Shown here: positions 24,176-37,700 of the stretch, piece after piece
Numbering within the stretch: the stretch's first letter is position 1
Layout of the letters: each line of letters begins with the position of its first letter
Source: Cycas panzhihuaensis
Lineage: Eukaryota > Plantae > Cycadophyta
Direction: 5' to 3'
Assembly: GCA_023213395.1 (NCBI GenBank)
Contig: CM041465.1
Span: forward strand, 174,599,741-174,663,740
Length of the DNA stretch: 64,000 nucleotides
Program-made: the position numbers and the translations under genes
The notes under the pieces: generated by a model
The model's input: the letters and a program-made list of their open reading frames with translations, nothing else
What the model was told of the DNA's origin: nothing
Database searches by the model: none

Positions 24176-27100
24176 TATAATGGGCCCTTTCCATAAAAAA
24201 TAGACAAAAGCAGATTTTTCTAGCAGATAATGACAATACAATAGATTTTCAAGCATTTCATAGCCTTACTTTCCCATAGAGGTAATAATTCTAGTAGGAT
24301 CACATATATTCACAGCACATAACCCTTCATAAAATACAATTCAATAGAAATTTATAGCAGATTGTATTCATAACATTCAACTCAACAGACATATAAAGAA
24401 TTCATATATACATTGACAATAACAGTAAAAGAGCAATATGGTGAATAATGATAACAAAATAATAGCACCTAATACAGTTGTCCAGTAGTAATGAACCCTC
24501 TTCCAAGCGAGAGCAACTCTCCAACCAGCACGAGGCCATAATGGCATGAAGCCATTATACCAAGCATAACAAAATTCTCCAAGAATGTTTTACAAATAGG
24601 GAAGGATTCTCTATTTATAGCCTTCAAAACCCAACTCTTATTTTTCCCTCCAAAAAACCAACTTCAAAATGAAATAAAATAAATGATTCTTCTTTTAATT
24701 CTCCTAAAAACTGACTTCCTAATAATATTTCCTTCTATAAAACTGAATTCATCCTTATTTTAGGAATGTCACAATTCCCCTCCCCTTAAAATAATACTTT
24801 GCCCTCAAAGTATTGGGGATTTCTGGTACAATCTTGATGACTTCTTCCAGCTGCCTCCTACTAAGTCCTATATGTCATAACAATCAGGTTCAACCTTGCG
24901 GCTCTTGTTGGATCTTGCAACTAAGCGTCTTAAATTTGTTGATTCTTGTTCTTGGGAGCAGGTACTTATTGTTTGTGGACCTGTATTGGAGTGATCCTGG
25001 AACCTGTGGGATGCCTCAGATGCCTTATGCTGATCTTGCTCCCTATTTGCACATTTTGTCCTTGAGTGGAATGGATTGTGGTGGGAAAGGTGAGTCAAAT
25101 AATGAGAACTTTAGTGGAGATTTTGGGAAAACAAGTTATCATAAGGATCTTGAAATGATGATTACTTATTGTAAGAAGAAAGGGAAGAAATGGGATTTTG
25201 GGTGGTGATCAACCATAGCTTTGAAGGCATAGGAAGAAAGAATGAGGTATAGGATTTGCCTTGAATGGGAAATAAGAATTTGTGCAGGTTTTGTTGGACC
25301 ATAAGGATCCCTTGGGAGAAAAGATGAAAGAGGGATTAGCAATAGATGTTCTTTATGAAAAAAAGATTTTAATAAAGATTTAGAGATGGTATTCAGACAA
25401 AACGAGGGATTTAACAAAAAAATCAATATTGGTAGTGTGGAAGTGGATAGGATTAGGAAGGATGAGTTGGGGTTTTGTAGGGGGTGATACTAAGTGATGG
25501 AACCTAATGAATGGATTGAAGTTGTAGAATATCATGTTGAGAATGGTCTGTAGTGGGTGGAGCATGTAAGTAAACAGTTGAGCTAGTATTGTAAAGGTGA
25601 ATTGGAATTTGTCCTATGAGAAAACTAGAGTTAAGGAGATTAGGATTATGATTAAATGTGGGATGGGGAAAAGAGGGTTTTTCTATTACTATTGAGCTTG
25701 GAAAAGAGAGAGGATGGATAAAACTACTGAATGAAATGTGTATGTGCAACACAAGATCAATAAGTGCCTCATTGGATTCGCATGTGACCTGTAGAGGTTC
25801 TTCTTCAAACTCATCCACTAGTTGCTCTTTCGCTCGCTCTTTCACATCTTCGTGCTACTCCTACGTAACTTCTTCTTGGATCTCTTCCTTGATCTCGATT
25901 TTCCACTTGTGAGATTCTTCTGTCATATGTGCCTGCTTCGAGTCTTCTATGCAGTCATGTTGTTTCCTATGAATTGGTTCTTGCTCATGTTGTCACAAAG
26001 TCTCCTCTTCTTCTTCTTCTCCTTCTTCTTCAATTTTTGTCATTTTGACTGGCTACTTTGATACCTTGGTATACTCATCTTTCTCAGGGGTTTGTGCATG
26101 TTGAAGTGTTCTCTCTACTTGAACTTTATCTTATTTCTACTGCTTGAAAGTTGTTGTGCATGTATATTGAAACCAATACCAATCAAAGAGCATGAATACT
26201 TCTTTTGTCCAATTAATGAATCGATCATGATCTCTTCTGTCCAGTAACATTTCTAAAATTAGCCCATACTCTTCAATTTTTGTATTGTCTATGATTTTGA
26301 ACATGTCTAGCCATTTTATTAGGTCATCTTATTCCTCTAGATTAAAAAAAAATGTCTCTATTTTGTTTTCCTTTGTCAATAAAGGCTGCACTTCAAAGAT
26401 TAAAATCTATATTCTTCGTTGGTCAAAACTATCACATATGACCACTTGTAACAATTGTTTCTGAGCCAGGATTCCAACGGTTCAAATGGTACTGCAATCT
26501 GACACTTGTAGTAGGAGTTATAGACGAAAACGTCTAGGTACCTCCCTTTTAAAAACAAAACAAAAATAATATAACTTTTTCTTCACTAACCCAAGTTAAG
26601 TGATTCCTTTTCTTGAGTGGAAAGGACTTCAAAATGTCTCCAATGGGCCTAGTTTGAGGTGATTTGGAGCTTTGTAGCTTTTGTAATGGCCCTCGTAAGT
26701 TGGATAGAAAAATATAAATATTAAGGCAACAACAGTACCCTCCACTAAAATAGCAATAACTTTTGAACTAGATTTCCAAATTGAAAAAATATTTTTCTTG
26801 AATAATCTATGTTTTAAGCCACATCAATTCAAAAAAAATTTCAAGTCATTTGAATACCTGTAGCAATAGTTATGGCCCTTTTAATGTGGGTCACAATTAG
26901 GGTTTTTAGGGATTACAACAATACTTGTTACTAAAATGTTGATAACGTTTTACTCGAATATATGATGGATCTGAAACCACTTTCAATAGAGAGTAGACAC
27001 TGAGATGTACAGATTTAAAAAAATTGAGGTCAATTGGACAATTGTAGTGAAAGTTATGGTCGTTTGAAGTTACGATGGCGAATTTTGGGCACTGAAAACA

Positions 27101-27871
27101 ATGAAGAACAATAGGCCCAAATTAAATTCCTTGTGATTTTCGCAATTTTGATCTAAAACGTACATTATAACCACTCAAAATTTGTAGAATAGGCCTGGTC
27201 AACTCAAATTTGTGGCTATTTTTTGAAATTCTTCCATTTATACTCTTGAAATTGAAGTTTTGATACCATTTGTAGCGGGCCCTTTCCATAAACAAGAGAC
27301 AAAAGCAGATTTTTCTAGTAGATAACGGTAATACAATAGATTTTCAAGATTTTCATAGACTTACTTTACCACAAAGGTAATAATTCCAACAGGATCACAT
27401 ATACGCACAACATATAACCCTTCATAAAAATAATTCAACACAAATTTATAGCAGATTGTATTCACAACATTCAACTCTATAGACATATAAAGTAATCATA
27501 TATACATTGACAACAACAGTAATAGAATAATATGGTGAATAACGATAATAGAATAATAACACCTAATACAATTGTTTAACAGTAATGAACCCTCTTCGAG
27601 GCAAAAGTGACCCTCCAACAGGCATGAGGCCCTAATGGCATGAAGCCATTATACAAAGCATAACATAATTCTCCAAGAATGTTTTACAAATAGGGAAGGC
27701 TTCTCTATTTGTAGCCTTCAAAGCCCAACTCCTATTTTTTCCTCCAAAAACCGACTTCAAAATGAAATAAAATAAAATAAATGATTCTTCTTTTAATTCT
27801 CCTAAAAATTGACTTCCTAATAATATTTACTTCGATAAAACCAACTTTATCCTTATTTTAGAAATGCTACA
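24176..27871 (-). mobile_element. H: 3.7-kb non-autonomous gag-only (TR-GAG-like) element, same family as J
   Basis: LTRs at 24176-24773 and 27271-27871. PBS complement at 27257-27268 and PPT complement at 24774-24787. TSD CCGAC/CTAAC (CpG decay). No pol domains. Confidence 0.9.
25504..26400 (-). pseudogene. Gag-like frame of H: capsid-like start, Glu-rich middle, Pro/Ser/Phe-rich tail
   Basis: One frame reads LLDRRDHDRFINWTKEVFMLFDWYWF...KERAKEQLVDEFEEE, broken mainly by C>T-type stops. It is colinear with J at ~42030-43000. Confidence 0.6.
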
Positions 27872-29129
27872 CTAACAAAGACAACCATTTTCTTAGTTAT
27901 TTCTAGCAATCTTTGTGCAAAATGCTTAGCTACCACCTAAAGTTTTTGACGACCTTCCATTCCCCATACTAGTGGCCAAATAGAGGTGGTTAACAAGACA
28001 TTGGTACATGCACTCCATATCTACCAGCACAACACTAAACAATGGGACTCACATCTCCACCATATCCAGCACAATTATAATTAAGCTACTCACATTTCCA
28101 CTGGTCACTCTCCATTCGAAGTGTGTTATGGATATCGGCCACTTGCCCCTTATGAACTTACACTTGTAGTTCCTTCTCTTCTCACGGTCCACAAACATAA
28201 AGAACAACAAAAAGTAGCCTCACCTCCTTTATTGACCACATGGCTAAACTACACCCTATAATGTAACAAATACTCCACCAAACACAAGCCAAATATAAAG
28301 CAGTTCAGGATCAACATTGCACCAAAGCTTTTTTCCAAGTTGGCGACAAAGTCTGGCTTCATTTGAATTGTAGGAGATTTAAGCACCACAATAAGCTTAA
28401 ACCTATCCGTTTTGATCCTTATACTATACTCCAAGTTATTGGACCAAATGCTTTTTGATTCAGAAATAACACAGAGATTCACAGATATTGATCTAATATA
28501 TGCTCAAACAAATCTCATCAATCTCAAATAATAATGAATATTGGAAATTCACCATAAACACCGAAGTAAAGTAATGGAAATAGTACAAGTAAAAGGTAGA
28601 TATATTGTCCAAAAATAATACTGGAAAATACAAAAATATACAACAGAATTCCCTTACTAAATGCTTGTCCCTTCGAGACGAGATTCCTCCAAATATCTTA
28701 GGCCAAAAGGCCGAGCCAACTACAGCCCTAAAGCCGAAAATATGGAAGAGATCAACCGATAATGATGAGCCAAAATGAGGGCTTCGATCCCTATTTATAG
28801 TGGTCAATTATTATCCAACTTGAAGTCACCCAGAACTGGGACAGTTCACTAGGAGTGAACCATGAATGAAGTTGGCCAGAAGACAAGCTTACATGTTGGC
28901 CAATACTCCCATTCCTGCGCTCATTTCTGGGGGTTTAAGCTGGCTGACAGGCCCCTAAAGAGAGGGTTTTCCTGGAACGCAACAAGTCCCCCCGTGAAAA
29001 AATGCTTTGCCCTCAAAGTATTGGTAGCTTTGGAAACTGTTGTATCCACTCGTCTGGCTCCCATACCGTGTCTTTTGCATCCAACGTCTGCCACTTTATG
29101 AGATACTCTCTAACTTGTCTTGTTCGAAG

Positions 29130-32100
29130 TGGTAGATCAAAGAACAAAGACACATAGAGAAAGCATGAAGGAGGAAATAAGAACTCTCTTGTCATTATGT
29201 GAGACTGAGGACATATTTATACATGAGGTCTCAATAACCCTTTAGGGTTTTAGTGTTACACTTTATGTTACAATGACTAACATTAGTTCTCACAAATAGA
29301 ATATTGATATATTACATTAAAGTACATGGATGAGACATTATATTCTAACATCCCCTCTTAATGTCTAATCCATTCTTTCATGCCAATCTTGTTTTTGAAG
29401 TATAGGAATTTGTCCTTGGGAAGCGGTTTTGTGAAGATGTCTGCTAGTTGTTCAGAGCTTGGATAGTAAATCTGCCTAATCTCTCCATTGTCAACTTTCT
29501 CTCGGATGAAGTGATGATGGACTTCAATATGTTTGGTTCTGGCGTGGAATACCGGGTTCTTGGTCATTTGGATAGTGCTTTGGTTGTCACAATTGATCGA
29601 GGTTGCTGAAGTTTGAACAAATTGCAATTCCTCTAAAAGACGCCTGAGCCAGATAGTTTCATAGGAAGATTGAACTGCTACATTGTATTCTGCTTCAGAG
29701 GTTGACAGTGAGACAGTGGGTTTCTTCTTTGTTCTCTAGGATATTATACCATTTCCTAGGCCAAAACAGTACCCCGAAGTAGATTTTCGACTATCAATAC
29801 CTCCTCCCCAGGTGGAGTCAGTGTACCCTATTAGAAGATTATTTTCTTGAAGGCTGTAGGACTTTGTACCTTGTAGCTATCAAAGAATGTGTTTGGTTGC
29901 CTTCCAATGAGATTCCTTTGGAGCAGACATGAATCTTGAGATTAATCCCACTACAAATACTATGTCGGGTCTGGTAGAGGTGAGGTAGATGAGGTTGCCA
30001 ACCAATTTCCTGTAGAGGGTTTCATTTACTAGCTTTCTGTCTGGATCAATTGTTAATTTAGTTCCAATGCACATTGGGGTTGGAGCCGATTTGCATTCTG
30101 TTATATTGTTTCCTCTAGTATCTGAGTAGTGTATTTGCTTTGATGCATGAAGATCCCATCTTGTTGTTTGTGTATCTCTATGCCAAGGTAATAATGGATT
30201 TCTCCCAAGTCTGTCATCTTGGATGCCTTTGATAATTGGACTCGTAGAGAGGTGATCCAATTAGCATTGTCTCCTGTGAGTATCAGGTCATCTACATAGA
30301 GGACAAGAATTGTGATATGATTATTCTTGTCAACATGGATGTAAAGCCCTGAGTCGACATCGGATCGCTTCATTCCAAGACTTCGCAAGAAGAAGTCCAT
30401 ATTGGCATACCAAGATCTGGGAGCTTGGTTTAGTCTGTAAAGTGCCTTGTTGAGTTTACAGATGAGATGTTCTTGTCCCTTTGATATAAACCCTGGGGGA
30501 TGCTCCATGTAGACTTCTTCTTGAATGTCTCCATTGAGGAAGGCTCCTTTAACATCCATCTGGTACACAGCCCAATTGTTTTGAGTAGCTAGAGCAATCA
30601 CCATCCTTAGAGTCATTATTTTGTTGACCAGAGCAAATGTTTCTTCATATTCCACTCCTTGGGTTTGAGAGTAGCCCTTTTCCACAGGCCGAGCCTTAAT
30701 ATTTTTCAATTGATCCATCTACTTTTTCTTTAATTTTGTATAGCCATCATCATCCGATAATGGGTTTGTCTTGTGGCAGATCTGTTAGATCCTAGGTTTT
30801 GTTGTTGAGAATAGACACCATTTCTTCATTCATTGCCTTATTCCATTGGGGATCCTTCTGAGCCTCTTGAAAGGACATATTGTAATTAGTAGTAAGTCCT
30901 TGGTGTGTTTGGCTTCTGGTTCTTCTCCCTTCTTGTACCAGGTTTGGAGTTATTCGAGATTCCTGCATTGTCTTAAGATACCATTTTGATACTTCCCTTT
31001 GGGATGGAGCAGGAGATTGCCTTGAGTTGTCGACGGTGATATTTTTCTCAGATGAACCTGCTTCTTGATCTAGAATCTTGCCTAAATCACTTGATGTGAT
31101 GTCTTGAGGAGTGGCGTTTTCGTTTGCTTGATGTTCATTTTGAGGATCCCCAGGGAGAGGAGGAGTCCAACTTGGGACAATGAAGTCTTCTAGTAGAGTA
31201 GGGGAATGAGTCCCGTCTTCTGGAGTCACTATAGCATCTTCATCAAAAAACATATCCCTACTGGGATAAATCTTGTTGGTGAGTAGATCCATGCATTTGT
31301 AGGCCTTGGAGATCTCACTATATCCTACAAGGATACATTTTCTGCTTTTATCATCTAATTTCTTTCTTTTCTCATCTGGAATGTGCATGTAGACGGTGGA
31401 TCCAAATACTTGAAGATGTGAGACATTAGGTTTATTTCCTGACCAAGCCTCTTCGAGTGTAATATCTTTTAGGGCCTTAGTGGGACTTCTGTTGAGTAGA
31501 TAAACAACAGTATTAGCCGCTTCGACTCAGTATTTGTTGCTCACTTCTTTTTATTTCAAAAGTGATCGACTCATCTCTGTAATAGTCCTATTTTTCCTTT
31601 CAGCTACTCCATTTGATTGTGGAGTGTAGGGGGTTGTGAGTTGTCTTTGTATGCCGTGTTTCCTGCAGTAGTGCCCGAATTCATTGGAAGCGAATTCTCC
31701 ACTGTTGTCAGTCCTCAAGCATTTGATGTGGCATCTGCTTTCCTTTTCATCTTTGACTTTGAATTTGAGAAAGGTATCAAATACATCTGCTATCAATTTG
31801 AGGAAGTAAATCCAAGTTTTTCTGGTACAATCATCTATGAAGGTCAGGTAATATCAAGCTCCTTGCACTGAGAGAGGTGTGATTGGCCCACAAAGATCAC
31901 TATGTATTAGTTGAAGTTTGGATGTAGCCCTAGTTGTGCTTGGAGAGAATTGTAATTTATGTTGTTTACTCATCATACATGTGTCACAAATAGAATTAGA
32001 TTTTTTTATCCAAGGCAATCCAATCACCATATCATGTTTACTCAACAAAGATAAACTATCATAAGATAGATGACCATAGGGCAAATGCCAGAGTTTTTCA

Positions 32101-34746
32101 TTATCAACATGCTCCATTACATGAAGGGTAGAGTGAGTTGGTGTGACAAGGAATTTGTACAATCCATGAGTTTTGATGCCTTCACCAATCACTTTGTTCC
32201 CTTTGTGTTTGTCAAAAATAACACAACTGTCACCATCAAATAGGACTTGAAGTTTGTTGTTGATCAGTTGACAGACTGAGAGCAGGTTCTTTGTCATTCC
32301 TGGAACATAGAGTACACGTCCAACTTTTTTTGTGTTTCCATCAAGAATGGTAATAGGAATAGTTTTGTATCCTTGAATAGGATGCGTGGTGTTGTCCCCA
32401 AGCTTGACCGATCTAGAGTTTTGAGAGTTGTTCATGTTGTTTAACCAGGATCTCTTGTGAATCATGTGTCTGGAGGCTCCCGAGTCTATGAACCGGTCAT
32501 CCTAACCTTTGTTGTGCATGGTCGTGGTGACGGCTATAACAAATGCAGTTTCTTCTTCTTCCACTTCGGATGAATCATTTTTCTCTGGCTGTCCTGAGTA
32601 GCTCCCTGATGTTATAACCCCTCTTTCTATATCAACTTTGCAGTGTCAACAATCAATGGTGTAGTGACCTGCCTTGCCATAGTAGAAATAGATGATCTGA
32701 TGACTAAAGCGACCCCCTGAGTGTTGTTGTGTGGTAGAGAAAGGAATGGGTTGTGGCATGGTAGGGGGTGGAATAGATCGTGCTCTTCCCGAACTGAAAT
32801 TGGTGGGTCTTCTTCTTCCTCGATCAGATCCTCGATTGCTTCCTCTGGTGGTGGCATTCTTGCCTCGAATGGTTACTCTGGAGGAAAAAGCATTCTCTAG
32901 TTCATTCTCCAAGCTTGCTTCAATTTGCTCATGGTGCAAGAGTTGACCACATACAGTAGTGAATGATGGCTACATAATTTTCGCTGTCAGCTTGTATGAG
33001 GTGATGAAGTTTCTAAAGCGAGCTGGGAGTTTGTGTATTATGAGGTCAATAAGATCCCCATCAGTGTAGGTGACTCCCACAGATTCTAACATCCTAAGAA
33101 CCGCCATTTGGTTTTTTAGGGCCATAATACGGGCTATGTTCTTTTGAGCATATAAAGTCCTGAGAATGGTCCATGCCTCATGGGGAGTGTCGGCACTGGC
33201 TACATGAGGTAGAATGGTGTCAACAATTGATAGAGTTATGGATGCAAGTGCTAGTCCTCTCTATTTCAGGCATGTCTTTCCTTCAACAGCATCTACAGGT
33301 TCTGGTTTGATATTTTCTGTCTGGTCCCATACACCTTGAGCCACAAGGATGGATCTCATCTTGGTTTTCCATGATTCATAGTTGTCTCCTGTTAATTTCT
33401 CAGACTCGGAAAGACAGAGAGATGAGACCATGATCAGGAGGATAAATTCTACCATGTCTAGGCACGGGATTGCCTGGACTCGTAGGCCTGTTGATAAACC
33501 TCCAAGGAGATTCAAGACAGGTAGCTTCATGGCGCTAACTGCTAACCACTGGACTACGAGGTTTCGGCGGCCAGTTGGGTTCTCTAATCCAGGATGCGTT
33601 CAAGGTCTTATAGGGTCCTCCTATATACCTTTTAGTACGTGGAGGCTCAAATCCGTGAGTGAGTTTTGTCTGAGACCTGGGTATTGGGTCCTTTCGGTTC
33701 CCGACACTTCACACGTTGGTTATAAACTGCCAACGTGCTTAGCCAAGAACAATAGATCCAACGTGATTATTATAGACCCCCGGAATAGGGTCTCTAAAGT
33801 TGGGAATGGGTAGCTGCCAAGCAATGTTATCTACCTGTGGAGACGTAGCAGGAATGATAGCTAAGATTTTTTTTTTTTTCAAGGACAAACTTATGCAAGT
33901 AATAGATGAGAAGAAAAAATAGTAGAGAAAATTCAGAGAACTTTCTTGTAATAAAAAACGTTGTAGAGGACCGTACAGATTGCTGTGCTGAGATAAAATG
34001 GCTCAAAAATCAACCTTCTTAGAATTGGGCGAATCCAAGCTCGAATAAAAGCTCTTTGCACATAGATTCCAGATTTGCAGTCACATTTTTTATTAGACTT
34101 TCCTGTGAGGAGAAAATTGAGGTCAAATTTCTAGGCGACAACTAGGGTTTTTTTGATTTTTTTTTGATAATTTTCAAATTTGGATGAAGATACCCTTGGA
34201 TGATATCTCAATGAAAAGCTCTTGTCACTAGCTTTCTAATGATACCAAATTTTCCTGGTAAAAAGAGCCATACGATGAGAAATGAGTGAAAAACATAAGT
34301 GGCGGCCGTATGACTTCGAGGGGAGATTAGAGCAGGAAGGAGGCCAAATTTGCAATCGGTCCTTTAGAGAAAAATAATGAGCATGGAGAGGCGCCCCTGC
34401 TTGTAAATTTTCGTCACGATCTGACTCTGAAAAATTTTGGCCATACAGTCGTACGGATTTGTTCGTACAATCGTATGGATCTGTGCTGAGATGCTTGGTT
34501 GATTAGCCTGAATGCTCTAATGCCATGTTAGATCAGAGAACAAGGACACGTAGAGAAAGCATGAAGGAGAAAATAAGAACTCTCTTGTCATTATGTGAGA
34601 CTGAGGACATATTTATACATGAGGTCTCAATAACCCTTTAGGGTTTTAGTGTTACACTTTATGTTACAATGACTAACATTAGTTCTCACAAATAGAATAT
34701 TGATATACTACATTAAAGTACATGGATGAGACATTATATTCTAACA
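29130..34746 (-). mobile_element. I: full-length Ty1/Copia element (5.6 kb) inserted just upstream of the chromodomain of D
   Basis: 221-bp LTRs at 29130-29350 and 34526-34746 (6 mismatches counted by eye) with a perfect TSD CGAAG. PBS complement at 34514-34525 and PPT complement at 29351-29359. Confidence 0.97.
29358..33431 (-). pseudogene. Copia gag-PR-INT-RT-RNase H polyprotein of I (disrupted)
   Basis: Motifs in Copia order: KLTGDNYESW (gag), DSGASRHM (PR), LRTDNSGEF and QSNGVAERKNRT (INT), QMDVKGAFLNG and LYVDD (RT), ARTKHIEV and LADIFTKPL (RH). Confidence 0.95.
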
Positions 34747-34751
34747 CGAAG

Positions 34752-37700
34752 TTGCCTGGTGCGAATTTGTAGTATCCCTTCTGGTTCTAGTATAATCTTT
34801 CCTTCTTCATTGAGTTCTGGCAAGGATGTTTCTGGTACAATTTTGTCATCGATCTTTTTCTTCAGGAATGAAACATGAAAAGTGTCATGGATCTTGCTTG
34901 TTGTCGGTAACTTAAGTTTGTAGGCTACTTCCCCAATTTTGTCAAGTACTTGATATGGTCCAAAATATCGAGGAGTAAGCTTTTGTATATTTGTCTTGCT
35001 CAATGACGTATGTTTGTATGGTTGCAACCAGAGAAAAACCCTATCGTCCTCTGGAAGCTCCTTTCGAATCGATGCACATTTGCTTGCTCCTTCATTCTGT
35101 TCCTTGCCATCACCAAATTATCCTTAAGAATTCTAATCGTGTCTTCCATCCACTTTTGGTGTTCTTAGACAGCCTGAACCTTAGATGATCCGTTCCATGT
35201 CAATAGAGACAGCAGTTGGTATTCGTAAAGATCCTGGAATGGTGTCATCTTGGTGGAAGAGTGGTATGTTGTATTATACCACCACTTGGATAAGTGCAAC
35301 CACTTGTGCCACTAATTTTGTTTATCTGAGCAGAAATTCGTCAAATAGCCTTCCAGACATTTGTTGACTATCTCTATTTGTCCATCTATTTGGGGATGAT
35401 ATGCTATGCTCATGTGTAATTTCGTACTTGCAATTCCGAATAAGTCCTTCCAAAATTTACTAGTGAACTTTGTGTCCCTATCGTTGACAATAGTTTTAGG
35501 AAACCTGTGTAATCTATGGATTTCTTTCATATATAGTTATGCAACGTCACTTGCCTTTGCTATTGACTGTAGCCCTAAAAAATGACTATATTTTGTTTAT
35601 CTATCGACTGTGACAAAGATCGCATCTTTACCTTCTGATTTTGGGAGACCTATAATAAAATCCATTGAAATTTCTTCCCACTTTTGGTTGGAAATTGGTG
35701 GGGGTTGTAGCAGACCCGAGGTCTTTACACATCCTACCTTGTTTCCTTGACAAGTATTGCATTCTGTCATGAATTTTTAGACGTCTAATTTCAAGCCCTT
35801 CCAAAATTATGATGCTTTTATCTTCTGATATGTTTTGTCTATACCAGTGTGACCTGTTTCTGGGACCGAATGTGCTTCTTGCAATATAATTCCCTCTAAT
35901 TTGGAATTTTTGGGAATACAAATTTTGTCGTTCCTAAGAATCAGATCACCCTTTTGCTGGTATCTATCTAAATTACTTCCCTTGATGTTATCTAGGAGTT
36001 TTTGGTATCTTGGATCTGCCATATATTAAGTTCTCATGGATTTTAGCCATGAGGGCATAATTGTTGATATCAACTGTAATGAAGGACCCTCCTTTGTTTC
36101 ATCTGGGATTCGTGATAATGCGTCTGCTATAATATTATCTTTGCCTTTCTTATATACTATCGTGAAGCCAAAATTCTGCAATTTACTAACCCAATTTTGT
36201 TGCTCATCAGACAATATCTTCTGTCTGAGGAAGTATTTCAGACTATCATGATCTGTGCGCACTTGAAATGAATTCCCCAGTAGATATTGTCTCCATTGTT
36301 GGATGGCGTGCATCACTGTGAGCATCTCCTTATCATAAATTGGTTTGAGTTTATCTCTGTTATTCAACTTCCGACTCTCATAAGCTATTGATCATTTATC
36401 TTGGAGTAAGATTGCCCCTGTTCCAAATCCTGATACATCACACTCCAGTACAAACGGTTTCGAAAAATTGGGTGTTGCTAAGACTGGAGTTGTTACCATG
36501 GCTTTCTTGAGATCACTAAAAGCTTTTTCTACTTTCGGGTTCCAAGCAAATGCGTCTTTCTTGGTTGAGTCTATGACTAGAGCTGTGATGTGTGCATAAC
36601 CCTTTATGAACTTCCTAACAAACCTTGTTGTCCCCAAGAACCCTCAAACTACTGTAATACTTGTTGGGGTTGGCCAAGTGACAATTGCTTGTATCTTCTT
36701 AGGGTCAATCCTTATGCCTTCTCTAGTTATGATGTGGTCTAAGTATTCTAGTTCTTCCTTTGCAAATGAACATTTCTTCTTGTTGGCAAAGAATTGATTA
36801 TTGCGCAGAATTTCGAAAACGATTCTCAGATGTTCTAGATGCTTTTTCCATGTCTTATTGTAGATTAAGATATCATCGAAGAAAATTAACACAAATTTGC
36901 ATAACACTTGCCTAAAGGTATCGTTCATGGTGCTCTGAAATGTTGCCGGTGCGTTCCTTAATCCAAATGACATTACCTTGAATTTGAACAGGCCTTCATG
37001 TGCTCTAAATGTCTTATAGACGTCTTCTTCTGTTATTTGGATTTGATGATATCCTAAGCGTAAGTCAATTTTTGAGAAGTACTTTGCACCATGGATTCAT
37101 CCAACAAATCATCAATGCATGGGATCAGGTACCTGTTCTTGACTATTAATTGATTGAGACCTCAGTAGTCCACACACATTCTATATAAGTCGTCCTTTTT
37201 TGGACTGATAACAACTGGGGCTGCAAATGGGCTTGTGCTGGTGGTAATACTCCCTTGGGATAGTAGTTCGCTTGTGATTTTCTCGATCTCTTTGCATAAA
37301 TGATATGGGTGCCTATATGGTCAAATGTTGACTGGCGCCAGACCTGGTACAAGCTCAATTGCATGTTGATTTTGCCAAAGAGGCGGTAGTCCTTTCAATT
37401 CGTTGAACACTATCTTGTATTCTTCTATAATTTGTTGAACCTCTGGTGGAATATCCACGATTTCAACCTTATAGCATGTCATAATGTATGGTGATGGGTT
37501 TTTTGTGAGGAGTTCCTCCATTCGATGTGACAAAACCAACTGTACTGGTGGCATTAGTGGTCCCTGCAATCTGTGTTTATGCCCTCCTTGGCGAAAGCAC
37601 ATAACTCTAGTCATATAATTAGTGACTACATTGCAAAATGTTTGAAGCCACTAAATTCCCAATACTGCGTCTACGTCGCCGATTTGCATTACGAACATGC

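Larger units (their letters stand above)
19622..28458 (+). mobile_element. G: CRM-like Ty3/Gypsy element, 3'-truncated, containing H
   Basis: LTR at ~19622-19927 (start may be 19637) and PBS at 19931-19942. The leader is homologous to that of A. It carries gag, a CRM-type PR region (LPTKLHPKPYTL), RT (WLVMPFGLTNAP, AYLDNI), RH and INT. The integrase is split at ISD|KDNHF by H and ends at GPNAF (28458) with no 3' LTR. Confidence 0.9.

Noticed and set aside
29235-29251. Telomeric repeat (AACCCT / TTTAGGG) here and AAACCCTA in several leaders
   Set aside because: These are single telobox-type copies, common in plant LTRs and leaders, and not an array.
33382-33813. 143-aa plus-strand ORF as an antisense gene of Copia I
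   Set aside because: It overlaps the GC-richer structured leader, has no recognisable domain, and no equivalent ORF is listed for the homologous region of F.
33440-33840. Hammerhead, twister, group II domain V or RNase P identity for the structured leader
   Set aside because: I could not find the catalytic cores (for example CUGANGA plus GAAA in the right stem context). The resemblances are only a few bases long.
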